Source: the human T2T-CHM13v2.0 reference genome, Homo sapiens. Taken from it: DNA of 64,000 bases. The notes below the pieces were generated by a model. That model made no database searches, was not told the origin of the DNA, and saw only the letters and a program-made list of their open reading frames with translations. The stretch lies in the NCBI RefSeq assembly GCF_009914755.1, contig NC_060940.1. The stretch is one strand, 5' to 3'. This document shows, piece after piece, positions 47,419-64,000 of the stretch; positions within the stretch are counted from its first letter, which is position 1; each line of letters starts with the position of its first letter. The position numbers and the translations under genes were made by a program.

Positions 47419-48771
47419 TTAGCCTGACATTGACACATACGGGTTATTACTTTATGGGTACATTTGTGTGAAGGCAAACGGCAGAGAGACAAAATTGCTA
47501 GACCTCGGGTGATCCCAAGTCTGATCTTTCTAGTATGTGGCGATGCTTGTTATGGCAGTACCCTAAAAAAGAATCACTGGTAGCTTGCATATAGATTATA
47601 GATTCATCCTTCTTATAATGACCTCAATATTTTTGAAATGCATTCAACACAATCTCTATCTCCAATGAAGTAATGGATATCAAAATGCTTTGTAAAATTT
47701 GAAGCATTGTGTAAATATAAGTATTATTACTGTTCATAGGTGAAAAACCAGTAAGATACTAGTGTCAGAATGTGTGGGGCCAAGCAAGAATTCAAATCCT
47801 GTCTTCTGAGGCCAGGCACAGTGGCTCACACCTGTAATCCCAGCACTTTGGGAGGCCGAGGCGGATGGATCTCCTGAGGTCAGGAGTTCAAGACCAGCCT
47901 GGCCAACATGGTGAAGCCCTATCCTACTAAAAGTACAAAAATTAGCCGGGGATGGTGGCAGGCACCTGTAATCCCAGCTACTCGGGAGGCTGAGGCAGGA
48001 AAATCACTTGAACTCGGCGGGGGCGGAGGTTGCAGTGAGCCAAGATCATGCCATTGCACTGCAGCCTGGGCAGACTCTGTCTCAAAAAAAAAGAGACTCT
48101 GTCTCAGAAAAAAAAAAAAAAAACCTGTCTTCTGGATTTGGATCTGATTCTCTCCCTCCTAGATAATTTAACCAGAAGAAGAAAGGAATTCTGTTTGAAA
48201 AAAAGCCATTTATAACTATAAATTACTTTGGAGAAAAAACTATATTGTTTTCATAATATAAACTCTTGAAACTAAAGATAGACAAAACCTTGGCTGGTGG
48301 GGAATTGCAAAAGGTCATTTGCAATTGTCCTAAAAGACATTTAGGACATGCCCACAATTAGCACAGTCTTGGTCATGTGTTTGTCAGATATCCACGTGAT
48401 GCCAAGAGTGTATTTTAGACCACTGTTTCCTATTTCTATTGTAATTCATTGTTTTGTGTTTTAAGGTTAAGTATGTGTTTTGTTTCAAAATAAGGGGGTT
48501 GACTTTTCAGGTTTCAAAATGATAATATATGTTTTTAAAAGGTCTTTCTGCCTGTTGTTGTTTTTTTTTTCTTCCTGCTACATATTCATTCCATGACATT
48601 CCTGTCACTGTTAATTAACTCTGTAAACTAAAAGTCAGGAGACTATCAAAGCAAGAGCTTCTCAATCTGGCCTCACACATGTCTACGTAACAGCGGGCTC
48701 CTTTCAGGGTGTAGTGTCCAGAAGTTAACACAGACTCGAAAATCTACCCAGACCAGAGAACTACAGGATGA

Positions 48772-49171
<400 letters not shown>

Positions 49172-50514
49172 TAAGAGGTACACAGATGGTAAAATAAATC
49201 ATTTTTTTCTTTCATGTACTTAGTATAATCTTTCACCCAAAGTAAGCAAGTGGCCACTTACCTCACTAATAACAACAGCTACTGTAAATTTCAGCTTGAA
49301 GTGTTAACAAATTCATCATTTTTCCCCAAGGCTGGGGGAAGAGAAGGATGCTGATTTCTGGTGTTGGAATTTCTCTGTACTACAATAATTCCTCTCAACA
49401 AGCCCTTCCTGAACACCTACTACGTACAAAGACCCCAGACATACTCCTATATTTGGTATACCTTTCATCTGTAGCCATAAGCTTTGGCTAAGTCCACAGA
49501 CTCAGTTTTACCTTGCATATATATTGTTTTTAAATTTCAAAGCATTTTCTCCTATTTCATCTCTTTACAATGCTCACATGATTCTGTGTGGGTGAGGGCT
49601 TTCACCAACAAGGCAAAGTATCATTTAGGTGAAAAATTTCAGTAATCTGACATCTCTAACTTCAATCAATTGGCCTTAGACTGTAGGGATTGCTGGGGTT
49701 CCTAGATCTCACAGTGCAGGTTTCTCTCAGGGATCTTGTCTCTATTCACTCCTTGGAAATCAATATGGAAAGGGCTGCTTAGCATCCCACCTGTGGGTAT
49801 TTGTCTACTATTCTCACATATGCAATCAATATTTCTTGATATCCTGGTTGGGTTAACTCACTGACTTGGGAAAAATGAAAAGTTTTGAGGTCAGACAGAC
49901 TTGGGTTGGAGTTTTGGCTCTATCACTGTGAGAACCTGGGCAACTTAATCTGTCAGGACCTCGGATCATCATCGCTGAAATGAGGATGACCTCATATTAC
50001 TTCAAAAGGTTGTGGTGAGGGTAGAATTAATACGTGTGCTATGCACGTAAAGCAGCTGGCGTCCTAACAGAGCAGCCACTGGGTAAGTCGCTGCTTCCTC
50101 CCAGCCCCACTCCCACTGTGAAGGAGGGCTGCCACACCTGTCTCATGGACATGATCTGGCCCAGCCACTAAACAACCTGGCACTGTCTCTGCACACAGTA
50201 CGTGTTCAATTAGGTGTTCCTTTCCTGGGTTCAGGTCATCAGCCTCCGTACAGCTCAGGAGGACAGCAGCAGGCAGGGAAGGGCCCGGGCCTGGAAACTC
50301 CTCCTAGCCCTCATTCCCTCTCTAGACCTCAGTTTCTTCAACTTTAGAATCAACTTGGTAGCCACTCAGGTCCCTTCCAGCACCATCATTTTCTGAATCA
50401 ATTTAGACTGCAAGCATACTATCTCTGCTCTAAAATCAGATCATTCAGCCGGGCACAGTGACTCATGCCTGTAAACTCAGCACTTTGGGAGGCCAAGGTG
50501 GGCAGATCACTTCA

Positions 50515-50757
<243 letters not shown>

Positions 50758-50810
50758 TTATTCCCATGGGTTGTAAAGACCAACCCACATCTTAACAGTT
50801 TCATCAGTAG

Positions 50811-51289
<479 letters not shown>

Positions 51290-52035
51290 TAGTCATTTTG
51301 GCAGAGTCACAACTTACACATAGGGGTTGGATTCTAAGGCAAGAGCGTAAGGCAGAAATCACCTTGAAAAGTCTCAGAAATCTCCCATTGTGTGAGGTGA
51401 GTGTGGTTTGGCACATATTACTCCTCTATAGTGTTTCTTGTGCGCACTGACATTTAAGAGCACCTGAGCTAGACTGCAGGAAGTAACGGAAGGAAAGGCC
51501 ATGTGCAGGTGTCTGGGTGACTGTCAATTCCCAGGGGTGAATGGGGAGGGCAGCAAGGACTCCACGTGCCCCCATTCCCCTGCATGGTTTATTCTGTTCT
51601 CTTTTAATATTAAGCCTCTATAACTGCAATTCTTCTGAAGAGATTTGTTTGTTGCTATGAAGTTAAACATGAAAGCACTCCACACAGAGCCTGGCACATA
51701 GTAGGTGATCACTAAAAGCTGGCTGAATTTGAATTCACAACCACAAACACACACTACTCTTCTGAAAGTCACAGAGAAGAATTGGCCATCTGCCTCCTGT
51801 CTTCCCAAGTCAGAATTTCCCATTAGACTCTCAACTCTGACGCCCTCAGGTACTGGCCACATCTCATATAGGGAGAGATGGTGAAGGAGTGAGAATGTGC
51901 TGGGGTCTGGAATCGCCATGTGGCTCTGCTGATCTTCTTAAAGTCCAGGATCTGGGTGCAGACTACCCCAAAGCACAGGCTACCCAAAAGGGTCAGATAG
52001 CACCCATGGGGAAATGACTATAAGGGCAAGAATCA

Positions 52036-52179
<144 letters not shown>

Positions 52180-54724
52180 CTAAGGGTGGAACGAGAGGAC
52201 ACAATCAGTACCTAGCAGCCAGGCAGCTGTGAAGACGCCACCCAGAAATACACAAGAAGAACATGGCCTTCCCTGGAGGCACTGTCTTTGGTTGGAGCTG
52301 ACCGTTGGAGCCTCCACCACTCAGCAGGCAGGGGCTTCTCTTCTTTAAAGCTTCACCTGGAAGCCCGCCATACAGAAGGCAACGATTTCTCTCTCCGCAT
52401 TCCTGCAGGTCCATGAAACAGGAACTGCCACATTGGCTGAACTGTGGGGTGGGAACTGATCCCTTTCATTTATCTCGCTGAGATTGTAACAGGAGAAAGT
52501 TGGATATTTTTGGTCCAAGTTTCTCTGCGTAGCGGGGCCACTGTGTAGAGAGGTGCTGGGTGCAGACAGCCTCACTACTTCGTGGGTCCTTAGCACCCTA
52601 AGGAGAACAGGGCACCCTGAGGTCCCCCACAGAGGCCACGTGTCAGTCTCTTATCTGGGAGGGAGACCTAGGAAGCCCCTCTGGCTGCAGGAAGAGCCAA
52701 GCCTCATCGGCAATACTGCTTTACCTCAACTAAAGCTGCTGCTTTATTTCTCACCACCTTCTGGATCTGTTTCTCAACTCATCAGAACTCAGAGGGATGG
52801 GGATGGGACGGCACTTCCAAACCCCAACAGCTGCCCCTCTGGCCTCTCTGTAGTCCCCCTGTGCGAGGAGAACCTCAGCACTAACACGTGTTTCTTGCCA
52901 TTTGGAGTGGAAACATCTTCCGTGTTGTTGTGGAAGCCTTCCCAGCAGTTTATATAGAGTTGGGTAAAGGACCTGTGCACATGTGCTCACAGACTTCAGA
53001 GTGGCACACCTTCACACAAAAATCTCGCTTCTTACTTCCAACCTGAGCCACTCTAAAGCCAGCCCTGGAAAACAAGGCCCTTTCTGGCTGAACTCCGGGA
53101 GTGACTCCGGCGGTCATGTAGGAACTGCTGTCTGCAGCCACCTGATGTTGGATCCGGTTGCCTGATCCTTTAAGTAGCATTCCGGGAAAGGAATGACCAT
53201 GTCCAACCCTGGGCTCCCAGCCCAGGCTCAGCCTCGGCAGCCCTCCCCGTGCTCTCTAGCGCCCACTTGATTCGGTCTTATTTTCTTTGATGTAAATGAG
53301 CTCTTTTCTTCCCCACCCCAGGTGCCCCCAACCCTTGTCCTACAGTTTTCTAGACTCTTTGTTCTTGCCTGCGAATGCTCTTTTGTCTCAAAAGAGCCTA
53401 CATTTTTTCCAGCTAACTCCCAATCCAGCGAGAAGGAACACGCCAACCATCCACATTTACCAAGTACCCAGGATGTCGAGTGTCTTGTGCTAAGCTTTGC
53501 AGAGAAGAGACAAAGAAATGTAAGATTTGCTCCTTGCTCTCTAGAAGGGAGCTACTTGGGGAAGCAAGACCCCCTGACATACTCCCACCCTGTACACCCC
53601 CACACCTCCTATCCTGTTCTGGCCCCTCCCCTCTCCCCCCTGCAGACACATGAGTGCTGCCTCCCACTTCTAGAGCTCTCGGTGTCAGAGGCAAGGAGCA
53701 AGAAGAGCTCAGGGCGATTAGAGAAGCGGCTGGCCATAGGATGTATGCGGTACACAGAGGCAGACAGAGGCTGGAGGGAGAAGGCACAGCTTTAAACACC
53801 AGGCTAAGTAAAGCCTTTACCTTGAACAAGTAAATTGCAAGGGAAAAAGAAAGAGAGAGGAAACTTACCATTCAAAAATGACAAAAAAGACATCCCAATA
53901 AATCTCTACGTGCAGGATCCTGGATCCTAGATCCTGACTCAAAGGGTTAAAATAAATTATGCCATTTATAAAACAACTGGAAATTTGAACACTGATGACA
54001 TTAGGAATTCCTTTTCTTTTTCTTTTTTAGGGTTGACTATGGTACTGTGATTATTTTTAGAGTCCTTCTATTTCAGATGAGGGGGTATGTATGAAACAGG
54101 ATGGCTAGGAGTGGATCATGGTTGGAGCAGGTGATGAGTATATGGAGTTCCTTATACTCTTCTCCCTACTTCTGTGTATGCGTGAAAAGGTCCATAAGAA
54201 GTTGCTAAAAACAGACAATCAGACTAGCCCTGGGGAGGGTTTTGAATGAGGAGAGATAAAACCAAAACAATGCTTTGTGAAGGTGAATACAGCAGCTCTG
54301 CAGAAAATTGGGGTGGGGGGCAGATGAAAAGCTCAAAAACAGCTCAGAGATGATGAGAATCCCCTGTGGAAACAGGTGTGGGACACAGAGAAAAGGAAGG
54401 GACAGCAATCCTTGGTGGTTTGTCGGCAAAGAGGGGTGCAGCAAGGGAGCCCAGATGGTGACAGGCTGGGAAGCAGAGTGTGGGGAGAAGCAACGGCTTC
54501 CAGGAGACCAAGAGCAGGTAACAATGTGCAGGGCGAAGACAAGCACTGCTGCCATCCATCCCAGGGACTGCAGCCTGGAGGCCCCAGGAAAGGCCTCAAA
54601 GGGGAGGCAGGAGGAGCAGCCTCAAAACATGAACAGGCAGAGGAGAGAGGGAAAGAACAGCTGGAGTGGGAAAGAAGTTTGGAAGAAGCGCAAGACAGAG
54701 TGGCTTGAAATAGGAGGGTGCTTA

Positions 54725-55093
<369 letters not shown>

Positions 55094-55904
55094 TTAATTG
55101 TTCAAAATTTATTTAAAGTGTCCTTCAAATGGGCTTTTCTATCCATCTGTCACCAGGTAAAATAGGTAAACTTCAATAATCCATTTTGAAATCAAATATA
55201 GCGTTGGTTTGTAGTCTCGGAATATAAAAGGGCAATAGAATTTACCAGCAAATGCTGAAAACAAACATTTGATGACCAGGGTTTAATTTTCAAATCCTTA
55301 AGGCCAGAGTGTTTGCCTTGGTATTGTGTGCTGGCACCCTCGGAGTGCTCCTCCTAATCTCCAAAGCCACCTGCGCCCATTCCCAAGGGGCCACGGTGCT
55401 GTGGTGAAGCCGGAATGAGAAGGTAGGGCCAAGCACCCAGGAACTCCACCATCAATAATGAACTCTGGAATGCAGAAGTAGAGGGAAAAGGACGGGGGAA
55501 GCACCACCCCTGTTTAAATGTAGAACTAAGCTGGGAAGCACTGAGGTTTCAGAACAGAAGGTCAGTACCGTCAGCTTTGACAAAATAAAAATAATACAAA
55601 CAACCCAATCTGCAGGTGAGGGAGGGGACAGGAGAGAGACAAAGAAAGCTAATCCTTTCGTTTTTCAATGGATCATATGTATCAGTATCTGTCTGCAATG
55701 GAAACAGGATTAACAAAAAGCAATGGCAACTCCAATCTCTTCATACTCATAATCTTTTTTTCATAACCTTGGAGAGAGCTTCTGGGGAATGAGTATCTTT
55801 CGTGGAGAAAAAAAAAAAATCTCGACCAGGCTTGGTGGCTCATGCCTGTAATCCCAGCACTTTGGGAGGCCGAGGTGGGTGAATCACTGGAGGTCTGGAG
55901 TTCA

Positions 55905-56135
<231 letters not shown>

Positions 56136-57632
56136 TCAAGTTCAATAATTCCTTTAGATTCATTTAGTGTCTCTTTTTTCTGGTTAAATTCAAATAAAAT
56201 TATATTGTGCATATCTTGTTTTTCTTAAAAACAGCATTATAGTATAATTCCATTTCTTCCTATAGATCTATCCACTGATGCCCAATCAGCCTTTAACATG
56301 TATAGGCGTGCAGAAAGAGATGTCTGGGTTGCTGGACATCAAACTGCTGACGCTGATTATTTCTCAATGGTGGGATCTTGGAGGTATTTATTAGATTTTT
56401 TTTTTTTGTATTTTCTTGTATTGCTTGAGTTTCTAAAAATAAATACCTATACAATTTTTATTTTAAAAAAATCAAGTAAGTCATTCTTCTTAAAAATGAG
56501 AATCACAGAAAAGAAGAAAACTACCACTTATTACACATCTACTCTGTGGCCAGTGCTATGCTAAATTCTATCAATATACAAAATCTCACTTAATCCTCAT
56601 CAATCTATATAAGAATTACTATATCCCCATCACACAGATGAGGAAACGGAGGCTCACGGAGGAAGGAATAACTCAGCCATGTGATGGCACCCGCCTCATT
56701 TCTGCTACAGCTCTCCTCCACTTTACGTCCCCTTCTGCGCTACAAATACAAAATCTGATTGAAATAGATCTCATGGCATTTTGCACAGAAAAATCATAAA
56801 GAGTGAAAATCACAAACTTCAAGGGTAGAAGGAACCTCACGATCATGTCGTTTAACTGAGCAATTTTACGGATGGGAATCCTGACTCCCAGTGAGGGGGT
56901 GAGGCCTGACTGAGACCATGCAGGAGCCCTGGACTCCCAGCCTTGCAGGCTTTCTAGAGGGTGGCAGAAAGGAGAGCACGTTTGATTTTGCCAGATGAGT
57001 TCTTGTCATTTTGTAAAAAGATCTCTTGGTTATTAAAGGCCCATAACTGGAATCCAAATGGCCCTGAAGGGTCAGTAAGATACATTAACCAGGGGGCTGT
57101 CCCGCCCAGTAATCCAAAAGGAAAGTAACAAGATCTGGAGCAGGGGAAAGACAGCAAGTAGAGAAAATAGAACAGGCAATGCCTTGAAAAATAATTCGGA
57201 CAACCAGAAAAGAGAAGAGGGTGTGAGGAAAGGAAAGTGAGTCGATTCTAGAAACAGCCAAACAGAAAAGGTATCAAGGAAAGAAAGGAACAGAACCCTC
57301 CAAAGCCCCCTCAAAAACACAAGTTCAATTCTGATAAGGTACTCCCCTGAGTAAAGTTCCAGAACCAATTCTCCAGAAATGATTCGTGTGGTGTGAAAAT
57401 AATTCAATCTCAAAAGACAATTAGCTCTTCTGACCTGGCCTAACCTACGAAGCTGCACATAATCTCTATTACTTCTCTGCTGCTCCAAATAGGGAAAGTT
57501 AATCAAGCAATTTTAATAATCCTGAGAACCGCCTGTGAATAAAGTATCAGAGTAACTACAATAAAGATAAGAAATTCATGCTAAGCAATGAGGTGAAATT
57601 GGAAAGTGGCTCTTTCCGGCTTGGGAAAGTTA

Positions 57633-57884
<252 letters not shown>

Positions 57885-57991
57885 CTAAGACAAGAAAATG
57901 CAAAAGGCAGTTGTTAGGCCTGAAACCCAACCCAAGTATTAGCTAGTTAACCATTTTGAAAACTCACAGGAGAACTGGGGGTTCTATGCAA

Positions 57992-58190
57992 TAGTGGTTC
58001 CCAAACCTGGCTGTGCCCCAGGCCCCTCTGGAGAACATGCTGAATTACAGATTCCCAAGCTCCACCCCAGAACTACTGCATCAGAGTTCACTGGGGTTGG
58101 AGCCCAGAAATCTAGATTTTAAATTCACTTTCCCAGGTGATTCTGATGCACTTGGGCTAACATGAGCTCATGGACAAGCAGTTTAGGAAA
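57992..58190. mobile_element. MER5A/B-like hAT-Charlie element
   Basis: AGTGGTTCCCAAACCTGGCTG...TACAGATTCCCAAGCTCCACCCCAGA...TTCCCAGGTGATTCTGATGCA. Confidence 0.75.
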
Positions 58191-58750
58191 AATTCACCTG
58201 TGACCATCCCTCAGGGATAGAGGAGGTGGGAAAGAGGGGGGAAACAAGATCAGAAGCTTCACATATAAATCAGAGTGATGGACAGAGCCCTAATTCCCGG
58301 GGAGGTCAGGTCAAATATACTTGGCTGAAAGCCAAAGTATGTACAACCTCCATGAGTCCCAAGGAATTCCAAATAGCCTGAGAAAATAGAGATGGAAAGT
58401 GTAACCTTAGTTTTGTTATTATAAATGAACTGATTACAACAGACATAAATCAGATTAGCAATAAAGATAAACAGAGTTGCTTTAACCTAATCACAGAAGC
58501 ATGGATGAATGAGTTTCCAGAATTGCTTTACGAAGTGTTTGTCAAGCTCAATGCAACCAGTTGGTGGGTCAAGGTGCAAAGAGATGGGGAGGCCCTGGGA
58601 GAATAGCACTGAAGCCTCAGACATGTCCAGGCCCCCTGTGCAGTTCATTCCAGAGCTCTAGGCTGTGGATAATTTTCTACTGCATCTGGCCAGGTGCAGT
58701 GGCTCACGCCTGTAATCCCAGCACTTTGGGAGGCTGAGACAGGCAGATCA

Positions 58751-58942
<192 letters not shown>

Positions 58943-59495
58943 CTAGGCGACAGAGTGAGACTCCATCTCAAAAGAAAAAATTTTCTACTGCATCTGGTGC
59001 TCCAGGAACAGCAATGTCTCCTCTGTCTATCACCAAGAGTGAAGTTAAAGCCAGACCAGTGAGGGAGGAGGACAGTTCTGCAAAGGATGCCCACGGTCTT
59101 CTTATGACCCTGGAAGCCATTCCCAAGGAATTGTGTGACTCATTCCATTTGTTAGGAAGTTCTCCTGTCCCTGGACCCCAAGGGGCTCAAAGTCAAGGGC
59201 AGCGTTATGGCAGGCAAACTAAGAGTTTAAAGAAAAAAACCAGGAGGGAACACCAATCCCCAAGTCCTCATGGTCCCATGTGGAAGAACTTGTACTTGGG
59301 TAGACTCCTGGTGACTCTGCAGCCTGGCTTCTCCCTTGGAAAAGAGTAATGACTTCTCTTGCTCCTCCTGGTATCCTGGGTTGGGATCCTCTATTACAGG
59401 TTCTGCCTGCCTGCAAGCAGTACACATCTGGTCCCCTCTCAGGAGGCTGACCCTGAACAGGGCCAGGGGCTGTCCAGCTCTGTCTGACCGGCTGA

Positions 59496-59963
<468 letters not shown>

Positions 59964-60122
59964 TAGCTCCTTAAAATCCCAACATAAATGAGACAGAGAG
60001 GTAGTAGCAGGGTACGTCACAGCCCAGGGCCACACACAGGGCCCGCCTGTAACCCAGAGAGGGAGAGGGTGAGTGATGAGAAGAAGCCTTTCATTTGCAA
60101 GAATGCCATTCATTTGGTCTCA

Positions 60123-60410
<288 letters not shown>

Positions 60411-62170
60411 TCATGAGACAGACTGAATTAAGGTCCAGTTTATAAGGCAACGAAAGGCTGCCCTTCATCATTGAGGAGTGAGCTGGACCTCAGGTGCACA
60501 ATAAAAAAAACCCAGTGTTTTTATTCCTGCTGAACATTCACAGTGCCAGAACATGCTATCTCCCTAATATGACCGACAGCCTACATAGGGGCAGCTCTCA
60601 GTTTAGTCTGGAACACTGTGCACCTTCTATGGAGACTTTTCTTGCTATATGAGCATCAGGGTGTAGAACAGTCAAATGCCAGCATGGACCACCAGCACCA
60701 CCATCAGAGAGACCGCTGGGCAGGATAGCAGCTGGCTGGCTCCTAGAGAACAGTGACAGCAGCTCGCTGCACGCCTCTTTACCCATGGGCCCACCTGTCC
60801 TACATGCCGAGCTTGCATGGTATTTGTGTTTGGTGGCACTGGGAGGTTTATTTTTGTGGTTTAGGTGCTACAGAGAGATCTATTGAGGCTGGCACTTTCC
60901 AAACTCTTTGAGAAAGACAAACGCCTAGAGGAGGTTTCATATGATAATCCACCCCTTGTACTGCTGGGGAAGTGGAATCTTGACCTCCACCCTGTTTTCC
61001 TTAGCCCAACTTTACCACCCATCCTACCCATCTAAATATGTACAGAATTACATGAACATGTGTAACACATTATGACACATCCCAAATGTGGCTAATTCCC
61101 TGCCTTCTCTTTTACTGTAATTTCTTATGAAAACATTGCTTTGGACATAGCAGTTTTTAGGATGCACTCACTATTTCAAAAACAGATCCTTGAGTTGTTC
61201 AAGAAATGCCTGTACTTGCAAATAAATCCCTGTGATACGATCTTCCTCAGAAGCCACTGCTGACATAAGCAGCTACCTGCCTCTGCCATTAAGTTCAAGT
61301 TCGTTCTTCCTGTTGCTTGAGCCAACCAGTAACTTTGGTTGGGTCTCTTATCTGTCAAACTGTGGCCTGTCTCTGCCATTGCCTTACTTCCAGTCTTCAC
61401 TAGTTCTTGTCTGGATCACAGCAGGCTTCCAACTAACTGGCTTCCCCTTCCTCTAGTCCTCGAAGTTCTACTTAATCTGTCCTCCTAAGGGTTAGCAGAA
61501 TGATCTTCCCAGAAGGCAAATCTGATTTTGGCTTTTTCCCAAAGATAGTGCTTCACAGGGGCATTAGAAAGGCTTGGTAGAGGAGAGGCCTTAAGGACCC
61601 CAGGAGGTTTCAGCCCTCTGCGCCATCAGCCAATGGCAGAGCTCCCAAAGGGCTCTTGCTTCTGTTCTGCATTTAACACATGCTGTCTCATTTCCCTCCA
61701 ACTGGACGGTGAGGACAAAACACGGACTGTTCTTCATTTGTGAATTACTAGCACTAGCACAGTGCCTGGTACGTGGCAGGGGCTCCACAACTGTTGAAGG
61801 ATGGGTGACCCTGGCTTTAGTGACCAGGTCTTCGGGGGACAGTTCAATGAGACAGTCAGGTTCTGGAAATCTAGCATAAATTTACAAGTTCCCATGGCTG
61901 AGAAGTGGGCAATAACTTGTCACAGTTGAGGGAACCAATGGAATTGTAATCCTCCCTCCTCTGTGCACACTGCGTTCTCTTGGCACAGCAATGAGCATAC
62001 TGGCACATGCTGGATGCTCCCATTAATTTCTAAGCTCTTTGAGGGCGAGGATTGAGTTTAATTAACTGATATCCCCAAGACCTAGCTCAGAGCCCAGGAA
62101 AGCTGTGGCACAGTGGGAAGGGAGGTAGGGGTGAGTAAAGTGGGAGACAGAGGTGAGTGGGGCGAGAGAT

Positions 62171-62489
62171 AGGGGCGAGTGGGGCGGGAGGCAGGGGGCG
62201 AGTGGGGCGGGAGGCAGGGGGCGAGTGTGGCGGGAGGCAGGGGGCGAGTGTGGCGGGAGGCAGGGGGCGAGTGTGGCGGGAGGCAGGGGGCGAGTGTGGC
62301 GGGAGGCAGGGGGCGAGTGTGGCGGGAGGCAGGGGGCGAGTGGGGCGGGAGGCAGGGGGCGAGTGGGGCGGGAGGTAGGGGGCGAGTGGGGCGGGAGGTA
62401 GGGGCGAGTGGGGCGGGAGGTAGGGGACGAGTGGGGCGGGAGGTAGGGGACGAGTGGGGCGGGAGGTAGGGGTGAGTGGGGCGGGAGGC
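62171..62489. repeat. G-rich 22-23-bp minisatellite (AGGGGGCGAGTGKGGCGGGAGGY) x14, with degenerate flanks 62127-62557
   Basis: 14 well-conserved units counted; five consecutive identical GTGTGG-type units at 62216-62330. Confidence 0.97.
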
Positions 62490-63127
62490 AGGGGGTGAGC
62501 AGGGCAGAAGGGAGAGGCGAGTGGCGGGGGGAGGTGGGGCAGGAGGTAGGGGCGAGTTGCTAAGGAAGGTCTGTGCTCTTTGTTGGCAGTTTCTTCTCAC
62601 GATTCTTTGTTTTCCGTCATTTCTGAGACCACCAACTGTCTTTAGTCCAAGATTTTTTGTGATGGTTCTCATTATGGGGAAAGGCTCACAGCAGGATAGA
62701 GTGGGAGCAGCTGCTGCTGTTCCTAACTCACTCCTGAATGCCCAGCACAGAAATTGCGTGACTTTCGGGAGTGAATAAAACCAAAGTGCCACAGGCATAC
62801 AGTAGAGTGTGTGTAAATAATATAAATGAAGTAAATGGTAATTCCTAGGACACAGATTTTCCTTAATCTCTTAATGAAATCAAGTATTACATTCTGAAGG
62901 GTAAGGAGAGACTGGTTAGGAGCACGAATGGGGACACAATAGATAAAAGATGGGCCTCTCTGGGCTGCATTTTGCAGCCCAGAGAGGCTGAAAGCCTGGC
63001 TGAGCTTCAAGTCAAGAACAGCCTGGGTGTATCCAAGGGAGCTCCTGAAAGAGATGATGTCATCCTGGAAGCACTAAGCCTGGAAAGGGACAGTCACCAT
63101 CTGTGTTCCTGGCTGGAAGGCTGCACA

Positions 63128-63193
63128 GTGTGCATGCGTGTGTGTGTGTGTGTGTGTGTGTGCGTGCATGTGTGTGTGTGTGTGTGTGTATGT
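63128..63193. repeat. Compound (TG)n microsatellite
   Basis: Two TG runs separated by CGTGCA. Confidence 0.95.
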
Positions 63194-64000
63194 GGCAGGC
63201 ACCTGTAAAGCTTATCTTATCTCCCCATCAATCTCACCAGCAGCACCTAGACTCCTACCAAGGACCACTCCCCACCAACAGGCGGGTGGCAGAGGCAACA
63301 GGTCAGAACGCGCTGGGCCGCTCCAGTGACAAGATTGACATTGGCCACCCAGCTCTTATGATCACTTCTCTGCAGAAAGGGATCATTTTGTGATTTACGG
63401 GCTGAGTAAAGCAAGGCCGAGTTGAAATCTCATCTGAGAGATTTCTCTCATCCTGGGCAGCTTGGGCCAGATATAGGGAGATTGCTGTGGCTCCTCTGTA
63501 TTTTCCTAGCACCCATTACTTACTTTTGGAACAGTGGTGCTTTCATTTCACTTTGTACCACCACTAAAAATTTCATCACCCAGAGATTACTTTAGGGCAA
63601 TAAAGAATCACCTAAGAAGGAGGTTAAGGGATTGCTGCTGGTCCCTCAAACAACTGTATGAAACAGACTTCTTCCCCTTAACTCCTAAGGAATAAAGGCA
63701 TCAGCCATACCAAGGGAATCAAGAGATTTCATTTAAAGGGATAAAGAAAGAAATGTGGGAAGCCAGAGCCCCTTGAAGGGAAAAACTGTCTGAGGAAGGC
63801 CACCTCAGGGCAACATAAAAGCCCTGGCAGGTATGAGAAGAGAGGAAGGGAGTAGGACAAGCTTTTCCAGGGCAGACCCCAGAGATTCCCCTTTGATACA
63901 CAGCCCTTCAGCAGCACGGAATTTGACTGCAGGACCCAGAAGGCAGGCTGCCTAAGTTCACCCCGATCCTGAAGGCTGGCCCAAGGGACTTCACCACCAC

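Noticed and set aside
60610-60624. GGAACActgTGCACC as a second steroid response element
   Set aside because: Mismatch in the TGT core; one-mismatch sites are expected several times by chance in 64 kb.

Overview
Human genomic DNA, recognisable from its proteins as the SCNN1B-COG7 convergent locus (chr16p12.2). The + strand carries the complete coding region of SCNN1B (epithelial sodium channel beta subunit). It has 12 coding exons (conventionally exons 2-13, 2505..34851), all with GT-AG introns, splicing to 1923 nt = 640 aa + stop, and a 3' UTR with two AATAAA signals. The - strand carries the last six exons of COG7 (conventionally 12-17, 60312..42970) and its poly(A) signal at 42562-42567; the rest of COG7 lies beyond the window end. 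The remainder is intron/intergenic DNA with about 60 Alus by hand count (many nested), MaLR/ERVL LTRs, MER DNA transposons, L1/L2/MIR fragments, micro- and minisatellites. Nearly all ORFs in the supplied track are Alu or low-complexity artefacts. I found no evidence of a new protein-coding or prokaryote-type system. The best leads are non-coding: a ~153-bp, ~88%-identical direct repeat bracketing SCNN1B exon 4; a full-consensus steroid response element in intron 4; a sense THE1D-like LTR with a mutated poly(A) signal just before exon 3; an inverted Alu pair enclosing the COG7 poly(A) site; and a G/CpG-rich 23-bp VNTR in COG7. Repeat subfamily names come from remembered consensus sequences and need RepeatMasker/Dfam confirmation.
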